Below are positions 20,635 through 31,357 of a DNA stretch of 50,423 nt, piece by piece. Under the pieces are notes generated by a model. It was not told the origin of the DNA. It searched no databases and saw only the letters and a program-made list of their open reading frames with translations. A program made the translations under genes and the position numbers. The stretch comes from Actinomycetota bacterium (GTDB taxonomy: Bacteria; Actinomycetota; Actinomycetes; Actinomycetales; Microbacteriaceae), in NCBI GenBank assembly GCA_041158725.1, contig JBEBAV010000001.1, forward strand, positions 1 to 50,423, read 5' to 3'. How positions within the stretch are numbered: position 1 is the first letter of the stretch; every line of letters begins with the position of its first letter.

Positions 20635-22035
20635 CTATGACTTTTTGTCAGCTGGCTTCTTCGCGACAGGCTTAGTTGAGCCAGTTGCGCTCGTCTTAGC
20701 CGGCGCTTTCTTCGCTGGAGTCTTCTTTGCTGGAGCTTTTTTGGCTGGCGCCTTGGCCACAGCAGTCTTTGCTGGTGTGGCTGCTACGGCAGGCGCAGCG
20801 GAAGCCGCCGCCTTCACAACAGGCTTTGCCACGGGGCGCTGAAGAACTTCATAAGCAAACAGAAGCACGAGGCCAACAAGGGTCCAGATGAAGACATCGG
20901 CAATGCTCAGCGGGATGATTGAGCTGAGAATCAGCGCGACACCACCAATGATGACTACGCGAGCAACGATGCGGTACTTGTGCATCACAACAGAGGAGTC
21001 AGCAAAGATCTTGTTCTCTGGGTCCACGGTCTTGCGCAGAGCATTGATTTGCTTGTTAGAGAATCCACGGAACTTCTCTGCGGATTCGCTCGCACCGAAC
21101 GCCCAACCAGTAATGATGGCCACGATGGATGCCAGCCCAAGAGCTACGACCACGCTGATGACAAAGGCAACGAGCGCGTCATATACGGCACCGACGATTG
21201 CAGAATAGCTGGGGTCGATAACTGTGGTCGCCACAATACGACCACTTGTGAAGACAAAGGCAAGCAATGCCATCAGGGCAAGCATGACGCTACCGGTGGC
21301 AACGAGTGCACGGGGGCGACGTCGAGCTGCAGCAATGCCCACAACAAACAGAGCAGCAACAACCCAGGGCAGCCAGGTTCCCACTCCGACACCGATTTGG
21401 TAGATCAGACGTGCAGCTGCGAGCTCGGGAACTTTACCAATAGTGATGTCTGTGTTGACCTCAGGGATAGCGGAGGCAAAGCCCACACCCTGCTTAACAA
21501 GTTCTTTCTTGATTTCTACAATGACGGGCTTGAGCGGAAGTGTCAGTGTTCCATCGTTGGAGAGCTTAAGGACTGAGTCTGGGCTGCCCGAGAGTAGAGC
21601 AACAGTCTGCTCTTGGGTCAGGGTCAGGGTCTTGTCCCAGGCGTTGGCAAAAGCATCAGATTTCACCACGTTGGTCACAAGAGACTGGACCAGCCCCTCC
21701 ACACCACTGGCAGCAGGAGCAGCCAACATTCCCAAAGCTTTTTTCGCTGCATCTGGTAGGTCGAGGGCATTTCCTAAACCAGTGAAGAGCGACTCTGTCA
21801 CGCCTTTGATGTCGACCTGTTCGTCAATGACGTGAGTGACTTCGGTGATGATGGTCTCTTGAACAGCAGGGTTCTTTGCTAGAGGTGACAGTGTCGAGAC
21901 AAAGCGCTGCGTGTTGGTGACCTCGCTGGTTGCCCAGTGGGTGACAATCGCGGCGGGTGTGAGCGCGACAGCCAGGATCAGTGCAATGGCGGAAAGCCAT
22001 GCTCGGCCAGCTGATTTCTTCACAGCAGTAGACAT
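20635..22035 (-). CDS. Integral membrane protein with a Lys/Ala/Pro-rich C-terminal tail
   Basis: N-terminal TM, helical extracytoplasmic domain (FVSTLSPLA), several TMs, tail of PAKK repeats. Confidence 0.75.
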   Translation of the reverse strand: MSTAVKKSAGRAWLSAIALILAVALTPAAIVTHWATSEVTNTQRFVSTLSPLAKNPAVQETIITEVTHVIDEQVDIKGVTESLFTGLGNALDLPDAAKKALGMLAAPAASGVEGLVQSLVTNVVKSDAFANAWDKTLTLTQEQTVALLSGSPDSVLKLSNDGTLTLPLKPVIVEIKKELVKQGVGFASAIPEVNTDITIGKVPELAAARLIYQIGVGVGTWLPWVVAALFVVGIAAARRRPRALVATGSVMLALMALLAFVFTSGRIVATTVIDPSYSAIVGAVYDALVAFVISVVVALGLASIVAIITGWAFGASESAEKFRGFSNKQINALRKTVDPENKIFADSSVVMHKYRIVARVVIIGGVALILSSIIPLSIADVFIWTLVGLVLLFAYEVLQRPVAKPVVKAAASAAPAVAATPAKTAVAKAPAKKAPAKKTPAKKAPAKTSATGSTKPVAKKPADKKS

Positions 22036-22131
22036 GTGTGTATTCCCCTAGAAATAGAACGTTGTTCTAGTCTGCCAGCTTCACACAGGTTTATTTCGCT
22101 CCCAAGACAAATCGTTACCTGGAGTTAAACG

Positions 22132-22165
22132 AACTCGGCGCCTCCCGAATGGGAAGCGCCGAGTT
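22132..22165 (-). terminator. Terminator after sucCD
   Basis: AACTCGGCGCCTCCC-GAAT-GGGAAGCGCCGAGTT. Confidence 0.75.
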
Positions 22166-22179
22166 GTGGAATACCTGGA

Positions 22180-23067
22180 TTAGAGGTTTGCCATGATGTC
22201 GCGCATCAAGCGAGCAGCCTCGGAAGGAGTCTTTCCAACCTTGACGCCAGCAGCCTCGAGGGCTTCCTTCTTTGCCTGAGCAGTTCCAGCGGAACCAGAA
22301 ACGATGGCACCAGCGTGACCCATGGTCTTACCCTCGGGAGCGGTGAATCCCGCAACATAGCCCACAACAGGCTTGGTCACGTTCGCCTTGATGAAGTCTG
22401 CAGCGCGCTCTTCAGCATCACCACCGATTTCTCCGATCATGACGATGGCCTTGGTCTCGGGGTCTGCCTCGAATGCAGCGAGTGCATCGATGTGGGTGGT
22501 GCCGATGATGGGGTCTCCACCAATACCGATAGCGGTAGAGAAGCCGAGGTCACGCAGTTCGAACATCATCTGGTAGGTCAAGGTTCCCGACTTGGAAACC
22601 AGACCGATGGGGCCCTTGCCGGTGATGTTGGCAGGAGTAATACCTACCAGTGCCTCACCTGGGGTGATGATGCCGGGGCAGTTAGGGCCAATGATGCGGG
22701 TCTTGCCACCCTTTTCCTTGGCGTATGCCCAGAACTCAGCAGAGTCCTGAACGGGGATGCCTTCAGTGATGACGACGAGCAGAGGAATCTCTGCGTCGAT
22801 AGCTTCGATAACTGCGTCCTTGGAGAATGCAGGAGGAACGAAAGCGATCGAGACGTCAGCGCCAGTTGCAGCCATTGCTTCAGCAACGGTTGCGAAGACG
22901 GGGAGCTCAACATCGCCGTGGGTCACAGTGGTGCCAGCCTTGCGAGCGTTCACACCACCAACAACGTTGGTACCTGCAGCGAGCATACGAGCGGTGTGCT
23001 TAGAGCCTTCACCACCGGTGATGCCCTGCACGATGACCTTGGAGTCTTTGTTCAAAAAGATTGACAT
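22180..23067 (-). CDS. sucD: Succinyl-CoA synthetase alpha subunit
   Basis: [23 protein letters not shown], phospho-His motif MGHAGA. Confidence 0.97.
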   Translation of the reverse strand: MSIFLNKDSKVIVQGITGGEGSKHTARMLAAGTNVVGGVNARKAGTTVTHGDVELPVFATVAEAMAATGADVSIAFVPPAFSKDAVIEAIDAEIPLLVVITEGIPVQDSAEFWAYAKEKGGKTRIIGPNCPGIITPGEALVGITPANITGKGPIGLVSKSGTLTYQMMFELRDLGFSTAIGIGGDPIIGTTHIDALAAFEADPETKAIVMIGEIGGDAEERAADFIKANVTKPVVGYVAGFTAPEGKTMGHAGAIVSGSAGTAQAKKEALEAAGVKVGKTPSEAARLMRDIMANL

Positions 23068-23094
23068 TTCTTATCCTTGAGTTTTCGTGCGGGC

Positions 23095-24258
23095 TTAGCG
23101 GGCAGCGAGTTCAGCGGCCTTGTCGGCGCCGTCATCCATGCTGTCTGCGAGGGTTACGAGTGGGTGGTTTGCCTCGGCGAGGATACGACGACCCTCGTCG
23201 ACGTTGTTGCCGTCGAGGCGAACAACCAGTGGCTTGTTAGCTGCGGAACCGAGGGTTGCCAATGCCTGGACGATACCGTTTGCAACGGCGTCACATGCGG
23301 TGATACCACCGAAGACGTTGACGAACACGCTCTTGACTTGTGCGTCACCGAGGATGACATCGAGACCAGCAGCCATGACCTCAGCGGAAGCTCCACCACC
23401 GATGTCGAGGAAGTTAGCGGGCTTGACGCCACCGTGGTTTTCACCAGCGTAGGCAACCACGTCGAGGGTGCTCATCACGAGACCTGCACCGTTACCAATG
23501 ATGCCGACTTCACCGTCAAGCTTGACGTAGTTGAGGTCTGCAGCCTTGGCCTTAGCCTCGAGGGGGTCAGCAGCTGCCTTGTCTTCAAGGGCTGCGTGGT
23601 TCTCGTGACGGAACTCCGCGTTCTCATCCAGCGAGACCTTACCGTCAAGGGCGATGATGTCGCCTTCTTCAGTGAGAACCAGTGGGTTGACCTCAACCAA
23701 GGTTGCGTCTTCACCGGTGTACACCTCGTAGAGCTTGACGAAGACAGGTGCAACCTTGTCAACGAGCTCTGCGGGGAACTTGGCAGCAACAGCAATCTTC
23801 TTTGCTTCTTCGAGGTCGATGCCCTTGATGGGGTTGACCTCGATGCGAGCAAGAGCTTCGGGACGCTCTACTGCGAGCTGCTCGATCTCCATGCCACCTT
23901 CGTAAGAAGTGAGGGAGAGGTAAGAGCGGTTTGCACGGTCAAGAAGTACCGAGAAGTAGAACTCTTCAGCGATACGTGCACCAGCGGCAACCATGACGCG
24001 CTTAACGACGTGGCCCTTGATGTCGAGACCAAGAATGGCCTTCGCTGCTTCTTCAGCTTCCTCAGGGGTCTTAGCGACCTTGACGCCGCCGGCCTTACCG
24101 CGGCCGCCAACCTTGACCTGAGCCTTGACGACGACTACGCCGCCGAGCTTTTCTGCTGCAGCGCGTGCTTCAGCAGGAGTGTCTGCGATGATGCCAGCGA
24201 GCACGGGAACACCGTAGCTCTCGAATAGGTCCCTGGCTTGGTATTCGTAAAGATCCAC
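23095..24258 (-). CDS. sucC: Succinyl-CoA synthetase beta subunit
   Basis: [38 protein letters not shown]. Start moved to GTG at 24258, after an AGGA RBS. Confidence 0.97.
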   Translation of the reverse strand: MDLYEYQARDLFESYGVPVLAGIIADTPAEARAAAEKLGGVVVVKAQVKVGGRGKAGGVKVAKTPEEAEEAAKAILGLDIKGHVVKRVMVAAGARIAEEFYFSVLLDRANRSYLSLTSYEGGMEIEQLAVERPEALARIEVNPIKGIDLEEAKKIAVAAKFPAELVDKVAPVFVKLYEVYTGEDATLVEVNPLVLTEEGDIIALDGKVSLDENAEFRHENHAALEDKAAADPLEAKAKAADLNYVKLDGEVGIIGNGAGLVMSTLDVVAYAGENHGGVKPANFLDIGGGASAEVMAAGLDVILGDAQVKSVFVNVFGGITACDAVANGIVQALATLGSAANKPLVVRLDGNNVDEGRRILAEANHPLVTLADSMDDGADKAAELAAR

Positions 24259-24321
24259 GTGATTTCCTAATCCGCGTTGAGCGATAAAGAGGGGAGAGGT
24301 CATTTGTCTGACAGTTAAAAG

Positions 24322-24339
24322 TAACTTGATATCAAGATA
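24322..24339. promoter_or_regulatory. Palindromic operator upstream of sucC (TamR-like TCA box)
   Basis: TAACTTGATATCAAGATA. A near-identical site lies upstream of icd. Confidence 0.65.
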
Positions 24340-24389
24340 AATTGACCAGTTCGACTTTACCCCCTTTTTTCGCGAATTACACCCTCTAT

Positions 24390-24408
24390 ATAGGTATGGC
24401 TAACCAAA
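24390..24408. promoter_or_regulatory. IdeR/DtxR iron box
   Basis: ATAGGTATGGCTAACCAAA matches TTAGGTTAGGCTAACCTAA at 15 of 19 positions, 36 nt before a VIT1 gene. Confidence 0.72.
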
Positions 24409-24444
24409 GTGGCAGCAACAGTTCAGAGCTGACAAAGTAGAGGC

Positions 24445-25167
24445 ATGACTGAGCAGCCCCACGAACACGGTTTTGAACCCCACGATGCAGCTTCCAACAG
24501 CAAGTTGAACTGGCTCCGTGCAGGCGTTCTCGGCGCAAATGATGGCATTGTCTCGATCGCGGCCCTGATGGTGGGTGTTGCTGCGGCAACCTCTGACCCT
24601 GCCGCTTTGCTACTCACCGGTGTTGCTGGCCTCTCTGCAGGCGCCATCTCCATGGCGCTGGGTGAATATGTATCTGTTTCCAGTCAGCGCGACTCGGAGA
24701 AGGCCTGGATAAACAAGGAGCGCCGCGAGCTCGAGCAATTCCCCGAAGAAGAACTTGAAGAGCTCGTTGCACTCTACGAAGCTCAGGGACTCAAGCCCGA
24801 AACTGCCCGTCAGGTCGCTGTTGAAATGACTGAGGTGGACGCGCTGAAGACTCACCTCGACATTGAGCTCGGCATCAACCAGGAAGAGCTGACCAACCCG
24901 CTCCACGCAGCGATCTCCTCAGCTATCTCCTTCTTCGCCGGAGCGATCCTTCCACTACTGGCTGTTCTCCTTACACCTGAGCCTGCAAAGATTCCCGCCA
25001 CCGTGGCTGCATCGTTGATAGCTTTGGCTATCACCGGTGGTGTGGGTGCATATATCGGTGGCGCACCAGTGCCACGCGCAATCTTCCGCGTGACATTAGG
25101 TGGTGCTGCGGCGTTAGCTGTGACCTACTTCATTGGTTCATTGCTGGGCGGACACACAGGGATCTAA
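24445..25167 (+). CDS. VIT1/CCC1 family Fe/Mn transporter
   Basis: WLRAGVLGANDGIVS, AGAISMALGEYVSVSSQRD, Glu-rich cytoplasmic domain. Confidence 0.93.
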   Translation: MTEQPHEHGFEPHDAASNSKLNWLRAGVLGANDGIVSIAALMVGVAAATSDPAALLLTGVAGLSAGAISMALGEYVSVSSQRDSEKAWINKERRELEQFPEEELEELVALYEAQGLKPETARQVAVEMTEVDALKTHLDIELGINQEELTNPLHAAISSAISFFAGAILPLLAVLLTPEPAKIPATVAASLIALAITGGVGAYIGGAPVPRAIFRVTLGGAAALAVTYFIGSLLGGHTGI

Positions 25168-27491
25168 AGCTTCTCTATCGGAGCAATCTTGATCAGGAGC
25201 TTCTTGGCTCCAGCGGAATCAAACTTCACGTGCGCAACCCGTTTCGCACCTTCACCGGTGACCTGGTTAACGGTTCCTTCACCAAAGTCAGCGTGCGAAA
25301 TACGATCACCTGCGACAAGCTCTAAATCACCGTTGTCACGAATCTTGTTCGTGACACGGTTAGCCCACTCCACCTTTGGCTTAGGTGCGGCCTCTAGCGA
25401 GTTCCAGCCACCCTCAGTGGAACCCCAGCCACCTAGTTCGCTAGAACCAAAGCCCCCGTCATAACGAGAACCTCGAGCATTCAATGCTCGTGACTGGTAT
25501 CCGTCGCGTCCATTGACCGAGCCGGGTGACTGACGCCAGTCGATGAGCTCGGATGGGATCTCTTGCAAGAAGCGGCTGGGCATGGCCACATTAGTCTGAC
25601 CAAACTGGGCACGACTCATAGCCAGTGAAAGGAACAGACGCTTTCGAGCGCGAGTGATGCCCACATAGAACAAACGGCGTTCTTCTGCCGGACCGCCCGG
25701 CTCGCCCGCAGACATGCGGTGAGGAAGCAGCTCCTCCTCCACGCCGGTAATAAAGACTGCGTTGTATTCCAAGCCCTTAGCGGTGTGCAAGGTCATCAGT
25801 GAAACTGTGCCGCTGGCGTCATCAAGTTCATCCGCAGCAGCAACAAGAGAGACCTCCGTAAGAAAGTCAACGAGTGTTCCGCCTGGGTTGTTCTTATCGA
25901 ATTCCTTGGTCACGGCCAAGAGTTCTTCCACGTTCTCAGCACGTGCTTCGTCTTGAGGATCACGGGTTGCTCTCAGCAAATCGACATATCCGGTCTCTTC
26001 AAGAATCCTGGAGAGCACATCAGCAACGGGACCGGACTCTGCCAGGCCTGTGGCCTCGTCAATGAGGCAAGAGAGCTTGGCTATTGCACCAGAGACCTTC
26101 GGTCCCAGACCAAGAGAATCTGCAGAGCGCAGTGCCTCGCGCAGAGTGATCTGGTTGGTATCGGCATAGTTCTGCAGGCCAGTTTCGGTTGCAGGTCCAA
26201 TACCGCGCTTAGGCACGTTGAGAATTCTGCGCACGGCAAGAGAATCAGCAGGGTTAGCAATGGTGACCAGGTAACCCAGGATGTCCTTGATTTCTGCCCG
26301 CTCATAGAACTTGGTGCCACCGAGGATGCGGTAGGGCACAGCAGAACGAATAAAGATTTCTTCCAACGCACGGGTCTGTGAGTTGGTGCGATAAAACACA
26401 GCCATCTCGTTGTAACCCATGCCGTTTGCATGCAGTGTGTTGATCTCGTCAACGACGAACTGGGCTTCGTCATGGGCGGAGTAGCCCGTGAAGCCCACAA
26501 TGAGTTCACCATCTCCGACGTCACTCCACAGCTTTTTGTCCTTGCGGTCAAAGTTGTTGGAGATCACGGAGTTGGCAGCAGAAAGAATGGTCTGAGTTGA
26601 ACGGTAGTTCTGCTCCAGCATCACTACGTGAGCACCTTTGAAGTCACGCTCAAACTCGGCTATGTTGCGCATGTCAGCACCGCGGAATGCATAGATGGAC
26701 TGGTCTGAGTCACCGACTACGGTCAGCGAAGCACCTGGCATGCCATCGGCTGTCTCACGAGTGAGCTCATGAATGAGGGCATATTGCGCGTGATTGGTGT
26801 CCTGATACTCATCCACCAAGACGTGACGGAATTGCTTGCGGTAATGATCTGCCACATGCGGGAAAGCTCGGAACAAGAACACCGTCTGAGCAATAAGGTC
26901 ATCAAAGTCGAACGCATTCGCAGCCTGCAATGCGCGGGTATATCCGCGGAACACCTCAAGGAACTTCACTTCTGTGGGGTCGTTGAGATTCGCATTACGC
27001 GAATAGCTATCCACGTCTGAGAGTTCGTTTTTCAGGCGAGAAATCTTGCCCGCAACACCAGCAACCGAGAGACCGTATGTGTCAGCCTCATACTCTTTGA
27101 TCAGTCGCTTGATCAGGGTGCGAGAGTCGTGAGAGTCATAGATGGTGAAGGCTTTAGTGAATCCAAAGTTCTCTGCCTCACGGCGCAGGATGCGCACGCA
27201 GGAGGAGTGGAAAGTCGAGATCCACATTCCTTCCGTAGCAACACCGAGCAACTTCTCTGCGCGTTCACGCATTTCTGCTGCGGCTTTATTGGTGAAGGTA
27301 ATGGCCAAGATCTGGCTGGGCCATGCTTCTCGGTTACGAATCAGTGACGCTATGCGGCGGGTGAGCACACTGGTTTTCCCCGAACCAGCACCTGCCACAA
27401 TCAGCAAAGCGGGACCCCGGTATTGCACCGCTTCCAGCTGTTGCGGGTTCAGGCCATCCAGTAAGGGATCGGCAGAAGAAAGCTCACTCAT
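25164..27491 (-). CDS. pcrA: ATP-dependent DNA helicase PcrA/UvrD1
   Basis: AGAGSGKT, LVDEYQD, VGDSDQSIY, MTLHTAKGLE, EERRLFYVGITRA, C-terminal Tudor-like domain. Confidence 0.95.
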   Translation of the reverse strand: MSELSSADPLLDGLNPQQLEAVQYRGPALLIVAGAGSGKTSVLTRRIASLIRNREAWPSQILAITFTNKAAAEMRERAEKLLGVATEGMWISTFHSSCVRILRREAENFGFTKAFTIYDSHDSRTLIKRLIKEYEADTYGLSVAGVAGKISRLKNELSDVDSYSRNANLNDPTEVKFLEVFRGYTRALQAANAFDFDDLIAQTVFLFRAFPHVADHYRKQFRHVLVDEYQDTNHAQYALIHELTRETADGMPGASLTVVGDSDQSIYAFRGADMRNIAEFERDFKGAHVVMLEQNYRSTQTILSAANSVISNNFDRKDKKLWSDVGDGELIVGFTGYSAHDEAQFVVDEINTLHANGMGYNEMAVFYRTNSQTRALEEIFIRSAVPYRILGGTKFYERAEIKDILGYLVTIANPADSLAVRRILNVPKRGIGPATETGLQNYADTNQITLREALRSADSLGLGPKVSGAIAKLSCLIDEATGLAESGPVADVLSRILEETGYVDLLRATRDPQDEARAENVEELLAVTKEFDKNNPGGTLVDFLTEVSLVAAADELDDASGTVSLMTLHTAKGLEYNAVFITGVEEELLPHRMSAGEPGGPAEERRLFYVGITRARKRLFLSLAMSRAQFGQTNVAMPSRFLQEIPSELIDWRQSPGSVNGRDGYQSRALNARGSRYDGGFGSSELGGWGSTEGGWNSLEAAPKPKVEWANRVTNKIRDNGDLELVAGDRISHADFGEGTVNQVTGEGAKRVAHVKFDSAGAKKLLIKIAPIEKL

Positions 27492-27503
27492 TTCCCGTCA
27501 AGT

Positions 27504-28502
27504 CTACGGGCGAGTGCGGACAGCCAGGTCGGGGTGATCGGCAAAAGCCCCGTCTATATCTAGCTCCCAAATCTTCCGATAGAAGTCCTGCCAGTGACCA
27601 TGCTCGGCGGGGTCTGCCGATGCCTTGAATGTCATCGGCAGAAACTCGTTTTCTGGCCGCAGCGTCCAGACAAAGATCTTGAGTCCCAGTTCATGCGCCT
27701 GTTGGACAATGGCTTGACCATGGCTGAGCTCCAGTGCACTTCCGTCGAAGAGGAGGGAGGACGCCAAGGCGAGACCATCGAGTCGCCCAGAGAATGCTTC
27801 CAGGCCAGGGCCCGAAAGTTCATCCTGGTTGCTGATCGGAGGAACACCTTCAGACAGCGCCCAAACGAGTTCATCAAAAGCAACGTGCTCGCGGTCCATG
27901 ATGTAGAAATGCTGAGCACCAATCTGGAGCTCTTTGAGCCTGACAATGATGCTCTTCTCAAAGCTCTCCATAATCAGGCGAGCGTCATCCGTGCGCCATC
28001 CGGCAAGAAACAGGTCTTGGGTAATGAGCGCTTCGAAACTGAAGCCAAGCCCGGCGAAGTAGGTGGGGTGCTTAATTTCCACAACGAGCGAGAAACCGTC
28101 ACCTGCCTGGTCTGCTATTTCCAGCAAATCAATAAAGCGCAGAATTCCCTCGGTGTCGTTTTGGGCAGCATTGCCAGGTCGAACTTCGGGGAGTCTTTCA
28201 CGACAGACCAAAGTTGAAAGCTCAGCCCATGTGAAGTCTTCAGTGAACCACCCGGTGAGTTCGTGACCATCCACAATCTTGGTGGTCATGCGATCGGCGA
28301 ACTGGGGCAGCTCTGACACGTTGGTGGTTTCCGAGATTTCATTCTCGTGACGGATCACCAAAACACCGTCTTTTGAGATCACCAGATCAGGTTCTATGGC
28401 TCCCGCACCTTGAGCAATGGCAGCTAGATATGCTGAACGCGTGTGCTCTGGGTGATAACCACTGGCACCGCGGTGAGCAATAACCAGAGGCTGAGAATTC
28501 AT
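27504..28502 (-). CDS. Glycerophosphodiester phosphodiesterase
   Basis: IAHRGASGYHPEHT, IEPDLV, IRHE, VEIK. Confidence 0.9.
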   Translation of the reverse strand: MNSQPLVIAHRGASGYHPEHTRSAYLAAIAQGAGAIEPDLVISKDGVLVIRHENEISETTNVSELPQFADRMTTKIVDGHELTGWFTEDFTWAELSTLVCRERLPEVRPGNAAQNDTEGILRFIDLLEIADQAGDGFSLVVEIKHPTYFAGLGFSFEALITQDLFLAGWRTDDARLIMESFEKSIIVRLKELQIGAQHFYIMDREHVAFDELVWALSEGVPPISNQDELSGPGLEAFSGRLDGLALASSLLFDGSALELSHGQAIVQQAHELGLKIFVWTLRPENEFLPMTFKASADPAEHGHWQDFYRKIWELDIDGAFADHPDLAVRTRP

Positions 28503-28620
28503 GGCTTCAGCCTATCCAGCACAACCGTGAGTAAACACAGCAAATTCAAAGGAATTGCTCGATATCGTGGAGGTAGCGTCCAGCAAGCGCTCAACTTCCT
28601 GAAAGGAACTGACAACCACA

Positions 28621-29415
28621 ATGGCTGTTAACAACCCCGCTTTCACCGGCAACAAGGCCTTCTCGCCCAATGCGACTGCAGCAGAGCTGCAGGCCCTCTA
28701 TGACGCACCTTCGGCAAACCGCGCACCTGAGAGCGCGATGACATACGAAGACACCATTGCGAAGTCCTTCATTTCTTTCGCAGTGCTCTTGGTTGGTGCA
28801 GTCGCAGGTTGGGTTATCACCACTATGAACCCTGCCCTCGGCATGGGAGTCATTTCCTTTGCCGGTATCGCAGCATTCATCCTTGCGATGGTCAACATCT
28901 TCAAGAAGGAGCCATCCCCTGCGCTCATCCTTGCTTATGCCGCACTTGAGGGTCTGCTTCTGGGTGGTATCTCGCTTGTGTTTGATGCACAGTGGAGCGG
29001 CATCGTTGCTCAGGCCGTCATCGCAACCATCGTGGTTGTGGGTGTGACCCTTGCTCTGTTCGCAAACGGAAAGATTCGTGCCTCGGCTCGTGCCACGAAG
29101 ATCTTCTTCATCGCAATGATTGCCTACCTGATCTTCAGCGTGGTTAGCCTTCTCATGCAGGCTTTCGGTGGAACCAGTGGAACCTTCGGCCTCAACTCGG
29201 TTGAGATCTTTGGTATCCCTCTGGGGCTCATCATTGGCCCCCTCGTAATTCTGCTTGCTGCCTACTCACTGGTTCTGGACTTCGACATGGTCCAGCGCGG
29301 TGTCGTGAACAAGGCCCCTGCCAAGTTCGCATGGACCGGAGCATTCAGCATCATGCTGACCGTGGTCTGGCTCTACATGCAGATCCTGCAGTTCTTGGCT
29401 ATCGCCCGCGACTAG
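28621..29415 (+). CDS. Bax inhibitor-1/YccA family membrane protein
   Basis: About 7 TM segments. MTYEDTIAKS, YAALEG, LVLDFD, TVVWLY. Confidence 0.85.
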   Translation: MAVNNPAFTGNKAFSPNATAAELQALYDAPSANRAPESAMTYEDTIAKSFISFAVLLVGAVAGWVITTMNPALGMGVISFAGIAAFILAMVNIFKKEPSPALILAYAALEGLLLGGISLVFDAQWSGIVAQAVIATIVVVGVTLALFANGKIRASARATKIFFIAMIAYLIFSVVSLLMQAFGGTSGTFGLNSVEIFGIPLGLIIGPLVILLAAYSLVLDFDMVQRGVVNKAPAKFAWTGAFSIMLTVVWLYMQILQFLAIARD

Positions 29416-29433
29416 CACTTTCTTAGATCACTC

Positions 29434-29457
29434 TGGCCTTCCCTCTCGGGGAGGCCA
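29434..29457 (+). terminator. Probable terminator
   Basis: TGGCCTTCCC-TCTC-GGGGAGGCCA hairpin after the stop, without a clear U tract. Confidence 0.5.
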
Positions 29458-29548
29458 CAGTGCGTTAAAGCACGACAGTGATGACGAGCCGGAATAACTC
29501 GTGCCCGATTCGAGTTGGTAGCTTTAGAGGTCAACACACAGGAGCGCA

Positions 29549-31357
29549 GTGGCTACTACCGATACGCAGCAGACGCAGCTGAGCACAATCAGCAGCCTGA
29601 GTCGGGTGTACCCCTACGTGCAGGGAGCACTGCCCCTGCTGTTCATTGGCATCCTGGTGTCCTTGGCTGCTGTCGCAACTGCGTTGACTATTCCTTTCGC
29701 CCTGCGCTGGTTGGTTGACAACCCCCTCAGCTCAGGCGACGTGGCACAAATTGTGCCCGGCGTCGCGGTGATCTTCGGGCTCGGCATGGCCGAAGTTATC
29801 TTTATCTACCTGCGTCGCTGGATTACGTTGGCCCCCGGTGTTCACCTCGAGGGCAAGATGCGTAACGCCATCTATGTCCATCTGCAGAAGCTTCCCGTTT
29901 CGTTCCACGACAGGTGGCAAAGCGGTCAGCTGCTCTCTCGTGCCATGGGTGACATCAGCACGGTGCGCAGATGGATTTCGTTTGCCCTGGTTCAGCTCGT
30001 GACCAGTACCATCATGCTCGTGGCGGGCTTCACCTTGCTCTTCGCGTTCAATGCTGTGTTGGGTGCAATCTTCCTCATTTGCTCACTTCCCCTCATCATC
30101 ATCAGCCTGCGCTTCCAGCGCACCTTCACCACCCTGGCCAGAAACTCTCAAGATCAGCAGGGTGACCTGGCTACTGCCATTGAAGAATCAGTTCACGGCA
30201 TCCGTGTGCTGAAGTCCTTTGGTCGTGCTGGTGAGGCTCTCGAAGAATTCCTCGACCAAGCCAACATCCTGCGCGGAACGGAACTCGCCAAAGGCAAGGC
30301 CAACGGTCAGATGTGGTTCTGGATGCTCCTGATCCCCGATCTGGGATTCGCCATCACCTTGCTGATCGGCATCATCGAAGCAGAGCAAGGCATTGTTTCG
30401 GTGGGTACCCTCATCGCTTTCTTTGCGACAGCAGCTTTACTCAAGGGCCCCATGCAATCTATTGCTCCCATGCTTTCTATTTCAATAGAGGCAGCAAGCT
30501 CACTCAACAGGTTCCACGAAGTGATGGATACCCCCATCGAGATTCGTGAAGTGCGGGATGCGAAAGATGTTCCGGCAGGCCCAGGCGAACTTGTCTTTGA
30601 GGATGTGCACTTCCGCTACGAAGATTCCCCGGCACACGTTCCAGACCTCATAGATGGTGTGAATCTGACCATCAAGCCAGGCGAGACCATGGCCCTCGTG
30701 GGGCTTACCGGATGCGGAAAGACCAGCCTCACCGCACTCACCACACGATTGTTTGATGTCACCGGTGGTCGCATCTTGATTGATGGCGTGGATATCAGAG
30801 ACGTCAACATTGAAAGTCTTCGCACGCGTGTGGCCATGGCCTTTGAAGATGCCACTCTGTTCTCTATCTCCGTGCGGGACAATGTCTTGCTGGGCCGCGA
30901 AGACCTCACGGACACTGAAAACCCCGTGCTCATCGCAGAGGGCGAAGCACTCCTTCAGGAGTCCCTCAATATTGCCCAGGCAGACTTTGCCCGCAGCCTG
31001 CCCAAGGGGGTGGAGAGCAAGATTGGCGAAGAAGGCCTCAGCCTCTCCGGTGGTCAGCGTCAACGCTTAGCCCTCGCTCGAGCCATTGCCGTTCAGCCCA
31101 GCATTCTTGTTCTTGATGACCCTCTTTCTGCACTGGATGTCACGACAGAAGCAGCGGTAGAGAAAGCACTGCGCGAAGTGCTCGGCACCACCACGGCACT
31201 GATTGTGGCTCATCGCCCTTCCACCGTGATGCTCGCTGACCGGGTAGCTCTCCTGCACGAAGGAAAGATCCTGGACGTGGGCACCCATACTGAGCTTCTC
31301 AAACGCTGCCCCGAGTACCGCAATGTGATTGCTTCCCTCGAGGAGGAAAAGCGATGA
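29549..31357 (+). CDS. ABC exporter half-transporter (TMD+NBD), subunit with a degenerate Walker B
   Basis: [13 protein letters not shown], Walker B ILVLDD (Asp in place of the catalytic Glu). Confidence 0.92.
   Translation: MATTDTQQTQLSTISSLSRVYPYVQGALPLLFIGILVSLAAVATALTIPFALRWLVDNPLSSGDVAQIVPGVAVIFGLGMAEVIFIYLRRWITLAPGVHLEGKMRNAIYVHLQKLPVSFHDRWQSGQLLSRAMGDISTVRRWISFALVQLVTSTIMLVAGFTLLFAFNAVLGAIFLICSLPLIIISLRFQRTFTTLARNSQDQQGDLATAIEESVHGIRVLKSFGRAGEALEEFLDQANILRGTELAKGKANGQMWFWMLLIPDLGFAITLLIGIIEAEQGIVSVGTLIAFFATAALLKGPMQSIAPMLSISIEAASSLNRFHEVMDTPIEIREVRDAKDVPAGPGELVFEDVHFRYEDSPAHVPDLIDGVNLTIKPGETMALVGLTGCGKTSLTALTTRLFDVTGGRILIDGVDIRDVNIESLRTRVAMAFEDATLFSISVRDNVLLGREDLTDTENPVLIAEGEALLQESLNIAQADFARSLPKGVESKIGEEGLSLSGGQRQRLALARAIAVQPSILVLDDPLSALDVTTEAAVEKALREVLGTTTALIVAHRPSTVMLADRVALLHEGKILDVGTHTELLKRCPEYRNVIASLEEEKR

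Noticed and set aside
23077-24228. 383-aa plus-strand ORF
   Set aside because: It is the antisense shadow of sucC, caused by codon bias. It has no motifs or RBS. The same applies to 22315-23064, 4402-5121, 5739-6374 and 43663-44586.
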